From an uncultured Acidobacteriota bacterium (lineage in GTDB: Bacteria; Acidobacteriota; Blastocatellia; RBC074), in the NCBI GenBank assembly GCA_963743045.1, contig CAVUOF010000002.1, positions 108,993-172,992 of the forward strand: a stretch of DNA of 64,000 bases, written 5' to 3'. Below, piece after piece: positions 30,947 to 41,386 of this stretch. The notes below the pieces were generated by a model. It did not search any database. It had not been told where the DNA came from and saw nothing but the letters and a program-made list of their open reading frames with translations. Numbering within the stretch: position 1 is the stretch's first letter; every line of letters begins with the position of its first letter. The position numbers were made by a program, and so were the translations under genes.

Positions 30947-31170
30947 CCTTAAAAGATGAGCAGCTAGCTACGTACAGCAATGTTTTGTGGCAAACGCAGG
31001 ATAAGCAGTGTGTTTTCACCCACCAGTTTTGGGCAAGATCGCACAGTGGTGAGTCATTTTCTTTCCTCCTGCCCAAGGCACCTGCCTTGGCTGCGACCCT
31101 TTGTTTGCAGCGATTGATGACCGGGGCGCAGTTGTTTTCAGAGTAAGTTCGACAACCAAGGAGGAAGGAT

Positions 31171-31376
31171 ATGAACAGAAGCACTCTATTTCTTGGAGGA
31201 ATCGGAATTGGAGCTGGGCTGATGTATTTGTTCGACCCGGACAAGGGCCGCGGCGGCGGGCGCTCGTTCGTTACGCGGCCAGCCATGCGATACACGTCAC
31301 CGGCCGGGCCATCGGGAAGACTTCGCGCGATCTCGGAAACCGCGCTCACGGGCTGGCGGCCGAAACTAATTTCTAA
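31171..31376 (+). pseudogene. N-terminal fragment of a BON-associated membrane protein, frame-broken near 31245
   Basis: MNRSTLFLGGIGIGAGLMYLFDPDKGR is followed in another frame by RRRALVRYAASHAIHVTGRAIGKTSRDLGNRAHGLAAE. No BON domain follows. Confidence 0.4.
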
Positions 31377-31529
31377 GCCGCGCCCGTCAATTGACGAGCA
31401 CCCAGGGCCAATTCTCCCAACTGCAGCCGGCGTTGAATTGAACCTTGAGCGCCTGGAGTCGAGAAACGGCTTCCGGATCGAAAGCAGAGTAGAACCAGGT
31501 CCGCCTGCTCCTCTTTTGGACCGCGACGA

Positions 31530-32627
31530 TTAAAGTCTGCGGTCATTTGCGACCGTGTCCTCTTCCACTGCGTTGTCGGTTTGGGCGCGTGTTTCTTCTC
31601 TGATCAACCTGAATAGGGCCTGAGCCAGCGCGAACGCGACCGGTCCGATGAAAAGCCCGCTGATGCCGAACGCCTGAACGCCGCCAAGCAGCGCAAAGAA
31701 CACGTACAGCGGATGAAGGCGTATCTGATCGCTGATCACCAGCGGCCTGATGACGTTATCAGCCGTCCCGACTATTCCCGCCCCCCATCCGAGCAGAATC
31801 AATCCTTTCAACAGGTGGCCATTGAGTGTCAGAATGATCGCCGCGGGGACCCAGACCACACCAGTGCCGACGAAGGGTATGAACGAGAAGATGGCGGCCG
31901 TCAATCCCCACAACACCGGCGATGGTAGTCCCAGAACCCAGAAGGCCAATCCCAGAAGCAGACCTTGAGTAAAGGCTACCGCCAGGACGCCATACATGCT
32001 TGCCTTGATCGTGCGGCTCATACCGTTTGTGAGTTTTTCAAGCTGCGCCGGACTCAAGGGGATGAGCACAGCCAGCCGACGCCTCAGCGCCCGGCCATCG
32101 CGGAAGAGATAAAACAGCGTGAAGAAGATGGTCACCGCCGCAACAACTAATGAAGTAAGCCCGCCAGCGACACCGGCGAGATGAGACAGTAGGAAGGCGC
32201 TCAACTGCTGTAACCTGACGACCAACTCGGCTCGCAGGTCAATCTGAGACAAGTCAACATACTGGCCCAGCCAGAGCCGCGCCCTCTCGGCCATTTGGAG
32301 CAAATTGGGAATGAATCCGCCCTCCTGCGCATTACTCGCGGTGAGTGATTGATAGATAGAGGATAGCTCGTTCCTCAATGCGACGCCGAGCAGGAATGCC
32401 GGAACGGTGATCGCCAGGAGCGCGCACAATGTTGAAAACAGTGCCGCCGCATTCTCATTGCGGACGAGCTTATGGAGCTTTGTGTGAATCGGATGAAAGA
32501 CAATCGCCAAGACTACAGCAAAAAATACCGGCTTCAGGAAAGGTCTGGCGATCAGGTAGCAGAACCATAAGATCACTGCGCTGATCGCGACGAGAAAGAT
32601 GATGGTCACTCGCGTCTTTTGATTCAT
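31530..32627 (-). CDS. AI-2E family (PerM/UPF0118) transporter
   Basis: 365 aa with about 8 TM segments and a family-typical C-terminal half (FIPFVGTGVVWVPAAI...IRPLVISDQIRLHPL). Confidence 0.85.
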   Translation of the reverse strand: MNQKTRVTIIFLVAISAVILWFCYLIARPFLKPVFFAVVLAIVFHPIHTKLHKLVRNENAAALFSTLCALLAITVPAFLLGVALRNELSSIYQSLTASNAQEGGFIPNLLQMAERARLWLGQYVDLSQIDLRAELVVRLQQLSAFLLSHLAGVAGGLTSLVVAAVTIFFTLFYLFRDGRALRRRLAVLIPLSPAQLEKLTNGMSRTIKASMYGVLAVAFTQGLLLGLAFWVLGLPSPVLWGLTAAIFSFIPFVGTGVVWVPAAIILTLNGHLLKGLILLGWGAGIVGTADNVIRPLVISDQIRLHPLYVFFALLGGVQAFGISGLFIGPVAFALAQALFRLIREETRAQTDNAVEEDTVANDRRL

Positions 32628-32876
32628 CTCATTTGCTGCAATGTCCGTTGTCAGCCAGCAGAATGCCGGTCACAGCATTCAAATCCCAAATCCGATTCCG
32701 AAAATGACACCAACCGAGCCGAGTGGGTGTCGTTTGACCTGATATTCGGCATCCTCAGTCAAGTCTTCCGCCGCGCGGAGGCCTTTTTGACCTCGCGTTT
32801 CGCCAGTTAATCTCACCCTCTTTCTTCTCAAAGCTAGTTGTCAATTAGAAGCGATAGCCTATCTGAGCACATTCGC

Positions 32877-33250
32877 TCAGTTCTCCATGGGTTCTGACAT
32901 TGGCTCGAGGGCTTTCGCTTCACCGGCCAGGTTTACGCTTGCTCGAAGGGACTCCTGTCTTCCCCAACGAGCTTCTGCTTGAGGTAGTTGCATCCTTCCC
33001 CTGAGGAGCAGTTCGCTGAAATGAATCAAGTCCACTTCCAGACCGTGCTTGCTTCGAAGGCAGCGCGGCTGATCTGGGCCGCAAGGGGGCGGCGAGCGGT
33101 GGGACAAAGCGCAATTCCCAATTCGCGGTCTCCGTATAACAGGCCGTTCGCACTCATACCTCTCTTCAGCCGGCCTAGGAATCTGCGGTAAGGCTGTCAT
33201 CCGCTGTCAGCAGATCGTGATATTCGGCAATTGCGCGATTGCGCATAGCC
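32877..33250 (-). pseudogene. decayed 5' fragment of a second ATP-grasp ligase gene, part of the segmental duplication
   Basis: Begins [16 protein letters not shown] like 25194..26547, then accumulates a 22-nt deletion, stops and frame changes. Confidence 0.5.
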
Positions 33251-33319
33251 AGTCCTGGAAGCATGTGACTCAATTCTTATGCCAGCCTAATGACGCCGAA
33301 AGGGATGCCCATTCGCGTC

Positions 33320-33335
33320 TGGCACACCACGTGCT
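33320..33335 (+). promoter_or_regulatory. sigma-54 type promoter TGGCACACCACGTGCT (duplicate of 26639..26654)
   Basis: Identical 16-mer, about 65 nt upstream of the ATG at 33400. Confidence 0.6.
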
Positions 33336-33399
33336 CCAATAGTGTGAGAGGGCGGATACCAGGCGACTTTCCAGTAAGAAATTTGGGGAGGTGATAGTC

Positions 33400-33789
33400 A
33401 TGTTAACGTTAGCCGATGATCGCGATCTTTTGGAGATTCTCAAATTCGAGCTCGACTTTATCGATCAGGGCGGATACGGCCGTTCGGTGCGAACGCCATG
33501 GAAAAAGACCTCTTCCTTTCAGGGCTCATTGAGCTGCATCAATTTCGGCGATCCCAGGCGAACTTATCCCTGCAATCAGTGTCAGTTGATGCAGTTTGTG
33601 CCTCTTAACGCCCGTTCCGAGGATGTTCCCTGTCACCATATTCCACTGGATGAGACAGGGAGGACAGTCGACACAATCGAGCAGAAAGCCAACCAGCAGG
33701 AGATTGAGGAATCCGTCAAAAACTGGCTGCGAACCACCATTCAGAGACTTGAGCAGGAACGCTCGGCCGGTTTGACGTCGCGCCGTTGA
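33400..33789 (+). CDS. small conserved hypothetical Cys/His-containing protein (copy B)
   Basis: Paralog of 26725..27078 with the same RBS and promoter context. Confidence 0.65.
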   Translation: MLTLADDRDLLEILKFELDFIDQGGYGRSVRTPWKKTSSFQGSLSCINFGDPRRTYPCNQCQLMQFVPLNARSEDVPCHHIPLDETGRTVDTIEQKANQQEIEESVKNWLRTTIQRLEQERSAGLTSRR

Positions 33790-33916
33790 GGACCCGGAAA
33801 ATTCCCCTATAGAGCGGGATTCTACGCACCCACCTGAACAGTAGCCGCAAGAAAGCGCACAGAGAGTTCCATGAGGTCTGTTATCTTTCACGTTCCGGTG
33901 ACCTATAATTGCTCTC

Positions 33917-34813
33917 GTGACCATCGAAGAGACTATTGCGGAGATAGCTGAGCAGCTCGCCGCCGAGACGGAGAATGGCACGATCGGGCACGCTGACAGT
34001 ACGAGTCTCGCAAGTTCGCTGCGGCAATTCTGCCTGGCCGTGAGGCCTGTGTTTGGGCTCGTGCCGTTCGAGTCTTCGGGGATTGCGACTGCATCCGCTG
34101 TGCAGCTCGGGACGGACTACGCTCGCCTCGGCTTGAGCGCTGAATCACTCTTTCGAACGTTTCGACGCCTGCGTGAGTTGATTGAAGAGGCGACAGCCGT
34201 CACGCCAGATGTGGATGAGCAGAAGAGACTCTACCAATCGATGGAGCAGCTGCTCGAGTGCGCCGTAGTCGCATACATCAACGAGCAGACCCACACACTG
34301 ACTGATAGAGCCCAGCGAGACTCGCTCACCTGGCTGCTCAACCGGTCGGCCTTCGACCTCTGCCTGCGCGACGAAGTGGAACGCGCCAGGCGATACTCTC
34401 GCGATCTGTCGCTCGTTCTCCTCGACATCGACCGCTTCAAGTCGGTCAATGACCTGCTCGGCCACCCTGCAGGAGACGAGGTTCTTTTAGCCGTGGCAGG
34501 AACTCTCAGTTCGTCGCTTCGCCACAGCGACCTGGCGTTCCGCTATGGCGGGGATGAATTTGCGGCAATCTGTCCCGAAACGCCCGGTAATGTCATCCAT
34601 GGACTGCTCGAGCGATTGGAATCGAAGCTTCGCCAGCGGTTCGCCGAGGCCAACCTGCGAGAGGAAGTGGGAATCAGCTGGGGCGTCTCGTCCTTTCCGG
34701 TAGATGCCGGCGACGTTGCCGGCATGATGCAAATCGCCGACCAGAGACTCTACGCCTGCAAGCATACTCACCACACGGCAGCATGCGTAGCCAATCCATC
34801 CTCAAACGCATAG
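33917..34813 (+). CDS. GGDEF-domain diguanylate cyclase
   Basis: Contains RDSLTWLLNRSAF, LLDIDRFKSVNDLLGHPAGD and FRYGGDEFA. Confidence 0.85.
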   Translation: MTIEETIAEIAEQLAAETENGTIGHADSTSLASSLRQFCLAVRPVFGLVPFESSGIATASAVQLGTDYARLGLSAESLFRTFRRLRELIEEATAVTPDVDEQKRLYQSMEQLLECAVVAYINEQTHTLTDRAQRDSLTWLLNRSAFDLCLRDEVERARRYSRDLSLVLLDIDRFKSVNDLLGHPAGDEVLLAVAGTLSSSLRHSDLAFRYGGDEFAAICPETPGNVIHGLLERLESKLRQRFAEANLREEVGISWGVSSFPVDAGDVAGMMQIADQRLYACKHTHHTAACVANPSSNA

Positions 34814-36525
34814 CTTCCGGCTACGAATGGTTTGTCCTTGTCGCCGGTTTCGTTGCACTGCTTGTTCTCATCTACATCGTTGGCTCGATCGCCACTTCGA
34901 GGCTCGAAGAGCTTCGCGGTGCGGCAAGCGACCGGAGCCAGGACTACAGTGAACGCCTCAAGTATGTGCTCAAGCTCCGGGAGTTGGCGGGACGGGCGGT
35001 CGCCGAAGCACGACTCTATTCGGCGACTGAGAGCCTCAGGGCGCGGGGGCCGGCCTTTCGCTCGTCGCTTTCCGAGGCGAGGACGGACCTGGAGGTGGAG
35101 CTGAGGGCCGGCCGGAAGCTGATTGCCGAGCGAACCACGCCACTCTCCAGCGACTATCGAGACGCTTTCAACAACGTCCAGCAGAGTGTCGATGGTCTCT
35201 GGCAACTCTATGACGATGGCGAGCCTCCTTACGACACGCTCTATGCTCAGCGCCAGCAGATAGAGCGAGCCACCGACAGACTGGTCAATGTCGTCCTCGG
35301 CGAAGGCCAGAATAATCTCGATGCACTCGTGAATATGCAGCAGGAAGCCGAGAACAGCATCGCGCGCGCACAATGGCGCGCGCTGATTGTCGGGCTGGCC
35401 GTGGCTGCCCTGACCCTCTCTTTGACCTACCGCCAGCTCGCTCAGCTCAAGCGCGCGAACATTCGAATTCAGGAGTCACAGGACTTCGCCCGGTCAGTCT
35501 TTGACAGCCAGACGAATGACGTACTGGTGACGAGCGACGAAGGCCAGATTCTCGCAGCCAATCTTTCATTTCAGAACCATTCGAATCTTCGCGAGTCACG
35601 AATTGCTTGGAAGAGATGTCGCACTGGCGCTGAGCCATCTGCCTCAGGTGGCCCACTTCGTACGGAAAGCAATTCAGGAGCGAGGCGATGACCGCAGCCA
35701 TCGTGACAGGATCGAAGCGATCACGGGTGATGAAGGCGAGACGCGGTTGCTCGACGTCTACATTTCCCCGCTGACACTTCCGGGCGGCGGGCGAGGCAGA
35801 GTAGTAACCCTGGTTGACGTTACCGAGGCTGAGCGGGCACGGGACGAGCTTCGGCGCAACAGGACTCTCTCGACCATTGGTCAATTGACGGCTCAGGTGG
35901 CACACGAGATCTACAATCCGCTGGGAGCGCTCAAGCTCAACCTCGAGGTGCTCGAGAGCAAGCTCGAAGGTAACGAGGAGGCTCAGCCGTCGTTGAGCCG
36001 GCTCAAGCGGAGTCTCGATCACCTCTCAGCGATCGTCATGGATACTGAAATACCTGACGCGTCCGCGAGCGCCGGAGAGGAGCGCCACCGACCTCAACAA
36101 AATCATGGATGAGGTCGATCGATCTGGCTGGTGACCGTCTTCTTACAAAGCACATCAATGTCGAGCGCAGGTATTCGAGCGATGGTGTGGTTGGTCAGTT
36201 TGACCAGTCTCAACTGCGCAAGGTCTTTTTGAACCTTCTGATAAACGCCATCGATGCGTCGCCGGAAATGGGGAGCGTCGAAATTCGAACTCAACCGAAT
36301 TCATCCGACCTTGCAGTGTCGATTGTCGATCATGGTGAAGGCATGTCACCGGAGACTCGGCGGCATCTCTTCGAGCCGTTCTATTCGACGAAGCAGCAAG
36401 GGACGGGGCTGGGGATGATGGTTGCGCAGGAGATCGTCAGTAAGCACAACGGCAGGATGGAGATTGAGAGCACCCTCGGGGCCGGAACGACGATTACGGT
36501 GGTGTTACCAAAAGACCTGACCTAA
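34783..36525 (+). CDS. membrane sensor histidine kinase (PAS + HisKA + HATPase), frame-broken near 35600 and 36060-36110
   Basis: Three ORF pieces join. It has an NtrB/AtoS-type H-box (AHEIYNPLGAL), the N box NLLINAIDA, and G boxes DHGEGM and GTGLGMM. Confidence 0.8.
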
Positions 36526-36541
36526 TCGGGCACTCGCCAAT

Positions 36542-36679
36542 GGTTACCGGCGCCGGACGGCCCGGGCGGGCAGGGACAAGCCCTGCCCCTACATCGTTGT
36601 CACGAATGCTGCACTCCGCGAACGACCATGTAGGGGCAGGGCTTGTCCCTGCCCGTCCCGCGCCGTCCGGCGCGGGTAA
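36542..36679. repeat. palindromic REP-like element, family A (second copy, arms in the opposite order)
   Basis: Shares GGCAGGGACAAGCCCTGCCCCTAC and GTAGGGGCAGGGCTTGTCCCTGCCC with 15576..15718. It lies between convergent genes. Confidence 0.8.
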
Positions 36680-36696
36680 TATTATCGATGACGGCC

Positions 36697-37245
36697 TTAA
36701 ACCGAGACGACTTCTATCTCAGGATCCACATCCTGGCGAAGCATCTGCTCGATGGCCATCAATGTCCCCGTCAGTGAACTTGGGCAACTTCCACAGGCGC
36801 CCTGATACCGAATCAGGAGCCGCTTCCCATCCATTCCGAGAATCTCAAGTCCGCCGCCATCTCCCGCAAGCCCCGGCCGGACTCGTTCATCGAGGAGCGC
36901 GTTGACCTTGTCAAGAAGCGGGTCTTCGCCAGGCTCCGGGAGTCGCGTCAGCGGCTCAGGCGCTGGAGCATCGAAAGTTGCCGGCGCCGACCGGATCGGC
37001 TCCGCAAGCTTCCGCAAAAGAGATTCCCAGCTGACTGCTTCATCCTTGTTGACCGTAATGAAGCGGTCCATGTAGAAGACTGACGTCACATCGCCGACGG
37101 CGAAGAGGGCAGAAGCGAGCGGATCGTCCTGGGCGGCCAGAGGCGAAGCAAAGGAACGCGACGTCCCATTTGTAATCGGGTCCTTGAGGATGAACTTGAT
37201 CGCGTTCGGATTGGGTGTGTATTCAATATCGGCTATTTTCGGCAT
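36697..37245 (-). CDS. Nfu/NifU-type iron-sulfur cluster scaffold (Nfu_N + NifU C-terminal domains)
   Basis: The ATG at 37245 follows a GGAGG RBS. Contains TPNPNAIKF, and CGSCPSS in the C-terminal domain. Confidence 0.85.
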   Translation of the reverse strand: MPKIADIEYTPNPNAIKFILKDPITNGTSRSFASPLAAQDDPLASALFAVGDVTSVFYMDRFITVNKDEAVSWESLLRKLAEPIRSAPATFDAPAPEPLTRLPEPGEDPLLDKVNALLDERVRPGLAGDGGGLEILGMDGKRLLIRYQGACGSCPSSLTGTLMAIEQMLRQDVDPEIEVVSV

Positions 37246-37422
37246 ATCGGCCTCCACTACTGATTATAGCCGCAAAAGGCGCAAAACAACACTCGGTAGT
37301 CGCCTCGTCATCAGGGCACTGGCTGTGAAGACTGCTATCATATCACCGGAAGTCCGTTACTTCCGGCTACATAATGTTACTCTCGCCTCAAAAGTCAAGG
37401 ACAGTAAGGCCACTTCTCTACA

Positions 37423-38616
37423 ATGCAAAAAACTCGCAATCTGATTTGGCTGGCCATCGCGGTACTGGTTCAGCTTCCATGGATAATCCTTGCTCTTACG
37501 GGCGCCGGCCACGAAATGCTGGAGGAGCATCCGGCCCGAGTCTCCGTGCTCGCAGGCCTGACGATCATCGCGGCGGCATTTGTCCTCACCTGGGCGGCGG
37601 AGGTAGCAGAACGGGATATTCCCCGCTCTCTCGTGCTCATCGTGATTGCGCTGATCAGCGTCCTGCCCGAGTATGCGGTCGATCTTCACTTCGCCTGGCG
37701 AGCGGGCAAGGAACACGCCTACAAAGCCTACGCAGTAGCCAATATGACCGGCGCCAACAGACTTCTCATTGGTGTGGGCTGGGCGCTGGTAGCGGTCGTC
37801 TACTATTTCAAGTTTCGACGGAAGGAGATCCCGATCGATCGGTCGCAGGGCCTCGAACTCAGTCTGCTGCTGCTCGCAACGCTTTACTCCTTTCTCATCC
37901 CGCTCAAGGGCACGCTCTCCCTGATCGACGTGTTCGTCTTCTTTGCAATGTTTCTCTACTACGCGGGACGGGCTGCCCGGGGCGAGCGCCACGATGAAGC
38001 GCTCGAGGGCGTGGCAGGAATTATCGACCAGCTTGGACCGGCAGCTCGAAGGGTGGCGATGCTCCTGATGTTTCTCTTTGCTGGTTATGCAATCTGGCTT
38101 TCAGCAGAACCGTTTGCCGAGGGGCTTGTGGCAAGCGGAAAGCGTTATGGCATCGACGAGTTTCTGCTGGTCCAATGGCTGGCCCCATTAGCTTCAGAGT
38201 CGCCGGAAGCAGTGATCGCTGTGCTCTTCGCCTTCAAGGGGAAGGGCTCTACCGGAATCGGGGCGCTCATTTCATCCAAGGTCAACCAGTGGACGCTTTT
38301 GGTCGGGGCGATTCCCCTTGTCTATGCGATCTCGGCGGGAAGCCTCATCGGCATGGACCTCGACTCGAGACAGCGTGAGGAATTGCTGCTCACCTCGGCG
38401 CAGTCTTTGTTCGCGGCTGTGATTCTGTCAGACTTCCACTTCAGCCTGAAGGAGGCGACGATGCTCTTTGTCCTGTTTGTCGCCCAGTTCTTTTTTCCAC
38501 AGGAGAATGTGCGCTATGCCTTCAGCGCAGTATACATTTTGCTGGCTATCGGTCTGTTGTTCTGGTCGCAACCACGCCGCCAGACACTCTGGCGAGCCTT
38601 ACTTCTCAGGAGTTAG
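37423..38616 (+). CDS. Ca2+/cation antiporter (CaCA) family-like membrane protein
   Basis: 397 aa, polytopic, with two internally related halves ([10 protein letters not shown]... / [15 protein letters not shown]...). The family call is by pattern only. Confidence 0.6.
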   Translation: MQKTRNLIWLAIAVLVQLPWIILALTGAGHEMLEEHPARVSVLAGLTIIAAAFVLTWAAEVAERDIPRSLVLIVIALISVLPEYAVDLHFAWRAGKEHAYKAYAVANMTGANRLLIGVGWALVAVVYYFKFRRKEIPIDRSQGLELSLLLLATLYSFLIPLKGTLSLIDVFVFFAMFLYYAGRAARGERHDEALEGVAGIIDQLGPAARRVAMLLMFLFAGYAIWLSAEPFAEGLVASGKRYGIDEFLLVQWLAPLASESPEAVIAVLFAFKGKGSTGIGALISSKVNQWTLLVGAIPLVYAISAGSLIGMDLDSRQREELLLTSAQSLFAAVILSDFHFSLKEATMLFVLFVAQFFFPQENVRYAFSAVYILLAIGLLFWSQPRRQTLWRALLLRS

Positions 38617-38626
38617 GTGGTGGCAC

Positions 38627-41301
38627 ATGTCACAACTCTCGCATTGGACAATGACCGCGATGATCGCAGTTGTGCTGGGCTTCAGCCTCCTGCTTGCGCT
38701 ACCCGTGTTCCGAGCCGAACCTGAGGCTGCGGCTTCTATATCAGCTTCGGCAAATCCATCCCGTGAGCGAATCTCCTTCAACGCCGACTGGCGCTTTCAG
38801 AAGGGAAATCCCGGCCGGATTTGAGGGCCAGCTCTCCTACGACAAGATCAAAGGCTGGGTGACGTCGACCGGCTCGGATTTTGGAGCAAGCTCTTCGAGG
38901 CCCGCAGGAAATCCCGGCAGCGACGTTCCCTATGCGAAGCGCGATTTCAACGATGCCGCCTGGCGAAAGCTTAATCTGCCTCACGATTGGGGCATCGAAG
39001 GTCCGTTCGGCCAGGAGAATCCTGGCGAGACAGGCAAGCTGCCATGGTGGGGCGTCGCCTGGTACCGAAAGCACTTCACGGTGCGAGCCGACGAGAAAGA
39101 TCGACGCCTCTATCTCGACATTGATGGAGCCATGGCCTATGCGAGTGTCTGGCTCAACGGGCGGTTTGTCGGCGGATGGCCATACGGATATGCATCGTTC
39201 GAGCTCGACCTGACGCCTGAGATTGCTTTCGGCGGAGACAACGTCCTTGCCATCCGCCTCGACAATCCTCCCGATTCCTCGCGCTGGTATCCGGGCGGCG
39301 GGCTCTACCGGAACGTCTGGCTCGTCAAGACCTCTCCGATTCACATCGGCCATTGGGGAACCTATCTGACTACGCCGGAGGTGAGCGAGGCACAAGCGGT
39401 CGTCCATCTTAAGGAGACCGTCGAGAATCAATCCAATGGTGCCGCAGAGGTTTCGGTCAAGACAGAGATATACGAGATTGACGACAGAGGATCGAGGCTG
39501 AGGACGCCCTCGGCAGCGATTGCCACTACGGTCAGTATTGCCGCCGGCGGCCGCGAAGTACTGGATAGAAGCCTCAAAGTGGGCAGTCCAAAACTCTGGA
39601 GCACCAGGAGCCCCCATCTCTACAAGGCGGTAACGACAGTGGCGCGAGGCGGCGCGATACTCGATGAGTACGAGACCACGTTTGGGATTCGCACGATCAA
39701 GTTCGATGCGGATAAAGGATTCTTCCTCAATGGCGAGCTCGTCAGGATCAACGGCGTCTGCGATCACCATGACCTTGGCCCTCTGGGCTCGGCCCTAAAC
39801 CTGCGCGCGCTCGAGCGGCAGATCGAGATCCTCAAGGAGATGGGCGTCAATGCAATCAGGACAAGCCATAATCCGCCCGCGCCGGAGCTGCTCGATCTCT
39901 GTGATCGAATGGGCATCCTCGTCATGGACGAAGCATTCGACTGCTGGAAGCGAGGCAAGAAGAAGAACGACTATCACCTGCTGTTTGATGACTGGCACGA
40001 GAAGGACCTTCGAGCCCAGGTGCGTCGCGACCGCAATCACCCGAGCGTGATTCTCTGGAGTACGGGCAACGAGATTGGTGAGCAGCGCACACCCGAAGGT
40101 GCCGGTATCTCAAAGGATCTTGCGCGCATTGTCCACGAAGAGGATCCGACAAGGCCGTCAACCGCAGGATGCAATGACATCAACGCCGGATACAACGGAT
40201 TTCAGGCGACCGTCGATGTCTTCGGCTACAACTACAAGCCGGGTGAATACGGAAAATTCCGCGAGAAGAATCCCTCGATACCGCTCTATGCGAGCGAGAC
40301 TGCCTCATGCGTGAGCTCGCAGGGGCGAGTACTTCTTCCCGGTCACCGACAATCAGGACCAGGGCAAGGCCGATTTCCAGGTGAGCTCGTACGACCTCTA
40401 CGCGCCGCGCTGGGCGATGCCGCCGGACCGGGAATTCCGAGGACAGGACGAATTCCCGTTCGTCGCCGGCGAGTTCGTCTGGACTGGCTTCGACTATCTT
40501 GGTGAGCCGACGCCCTACGGCAGCGATGCGACCAATCTGCTCAATTTCTCTGATCCGGCTGAGCGAGCCCGAATGGCCAAAGAGCTGGAGGCGCTCGGCA
40601 AGATCAAGGTTCCGTCGCGCAGCTCATACTTTGGGATTGTGGATCTCTGCGGATTCAAGAAGGACCGCTTCTACATCTATCAGGCGCGCTGGCGACCAGA
40701 GCTGCCGATGGCGCATATCCTCCCGCATTGGAACTGGCCTGACAGGGTCGGCCAGGTTACGCCGGTACATGTCTATACCAGCGGCGACGAGGCAGAGCTC
40801 TTTCTCAATGGCCGTTCGCTTGGGAGAAAGAAGAAGGAGCGCCTTCAATACCGGCTGCGCTGGGACGATGTGAAGTACGAGCCGGGTGAGCTCAAAGTGG
40901 TCGCCTACAAGGACGGCAGGAAATGGGCCGAGGACGTCATGAGAACGGCGGGCCCTGCGGCGAAGCTCTTGTCGGCTGCCGACCGCTCGACGATTGGCGC
41001 GGACGGCAGCGACCTCTCCTTCATCACAGTCACCGTAGCCGATGCCAGAGGCATCCTCGTGCCGCGCTCGAAGAACAGGCTCAGCTTCGAGGTCAGCGGT
41101 CCGGGCGAGATCGTGGCCGTCGACAATGGCGATGCTACGAGCCACGAGTCGTTTCAGTCGAAAGAACGCAACGCCTATAACGGGCTCTGCCTTGTGATTG
41201 TCAGGTCGATAGCCGGCAAGCCTGGAAAGATCCGGCTGACTGTGAAATCTCCCGGACTGGCAGCCTCGTCGGTGACGATCGCAACCGAACGCTCACATTG
41301 A
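38627..41301 (+). CDS. glycoside hydrolase family 2 (beta-galactosidase-like), frame-broken near 38815 and 40320
   Basis: Signal peptide, then FNADWRF, WYRKHF, NAIRTSHNPP, WSTGNE and FVWTGFDYLGEP. Confidence 0.85.
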
Positions 41302-41386
41302 ATATCGTGCCGCAGGCTGTCCAGCCTGCGGCAGTTCTTGCTATGGCTCGCTTAATCTCAAGTGGCCATCGCGCGCAAAGGCTCCC

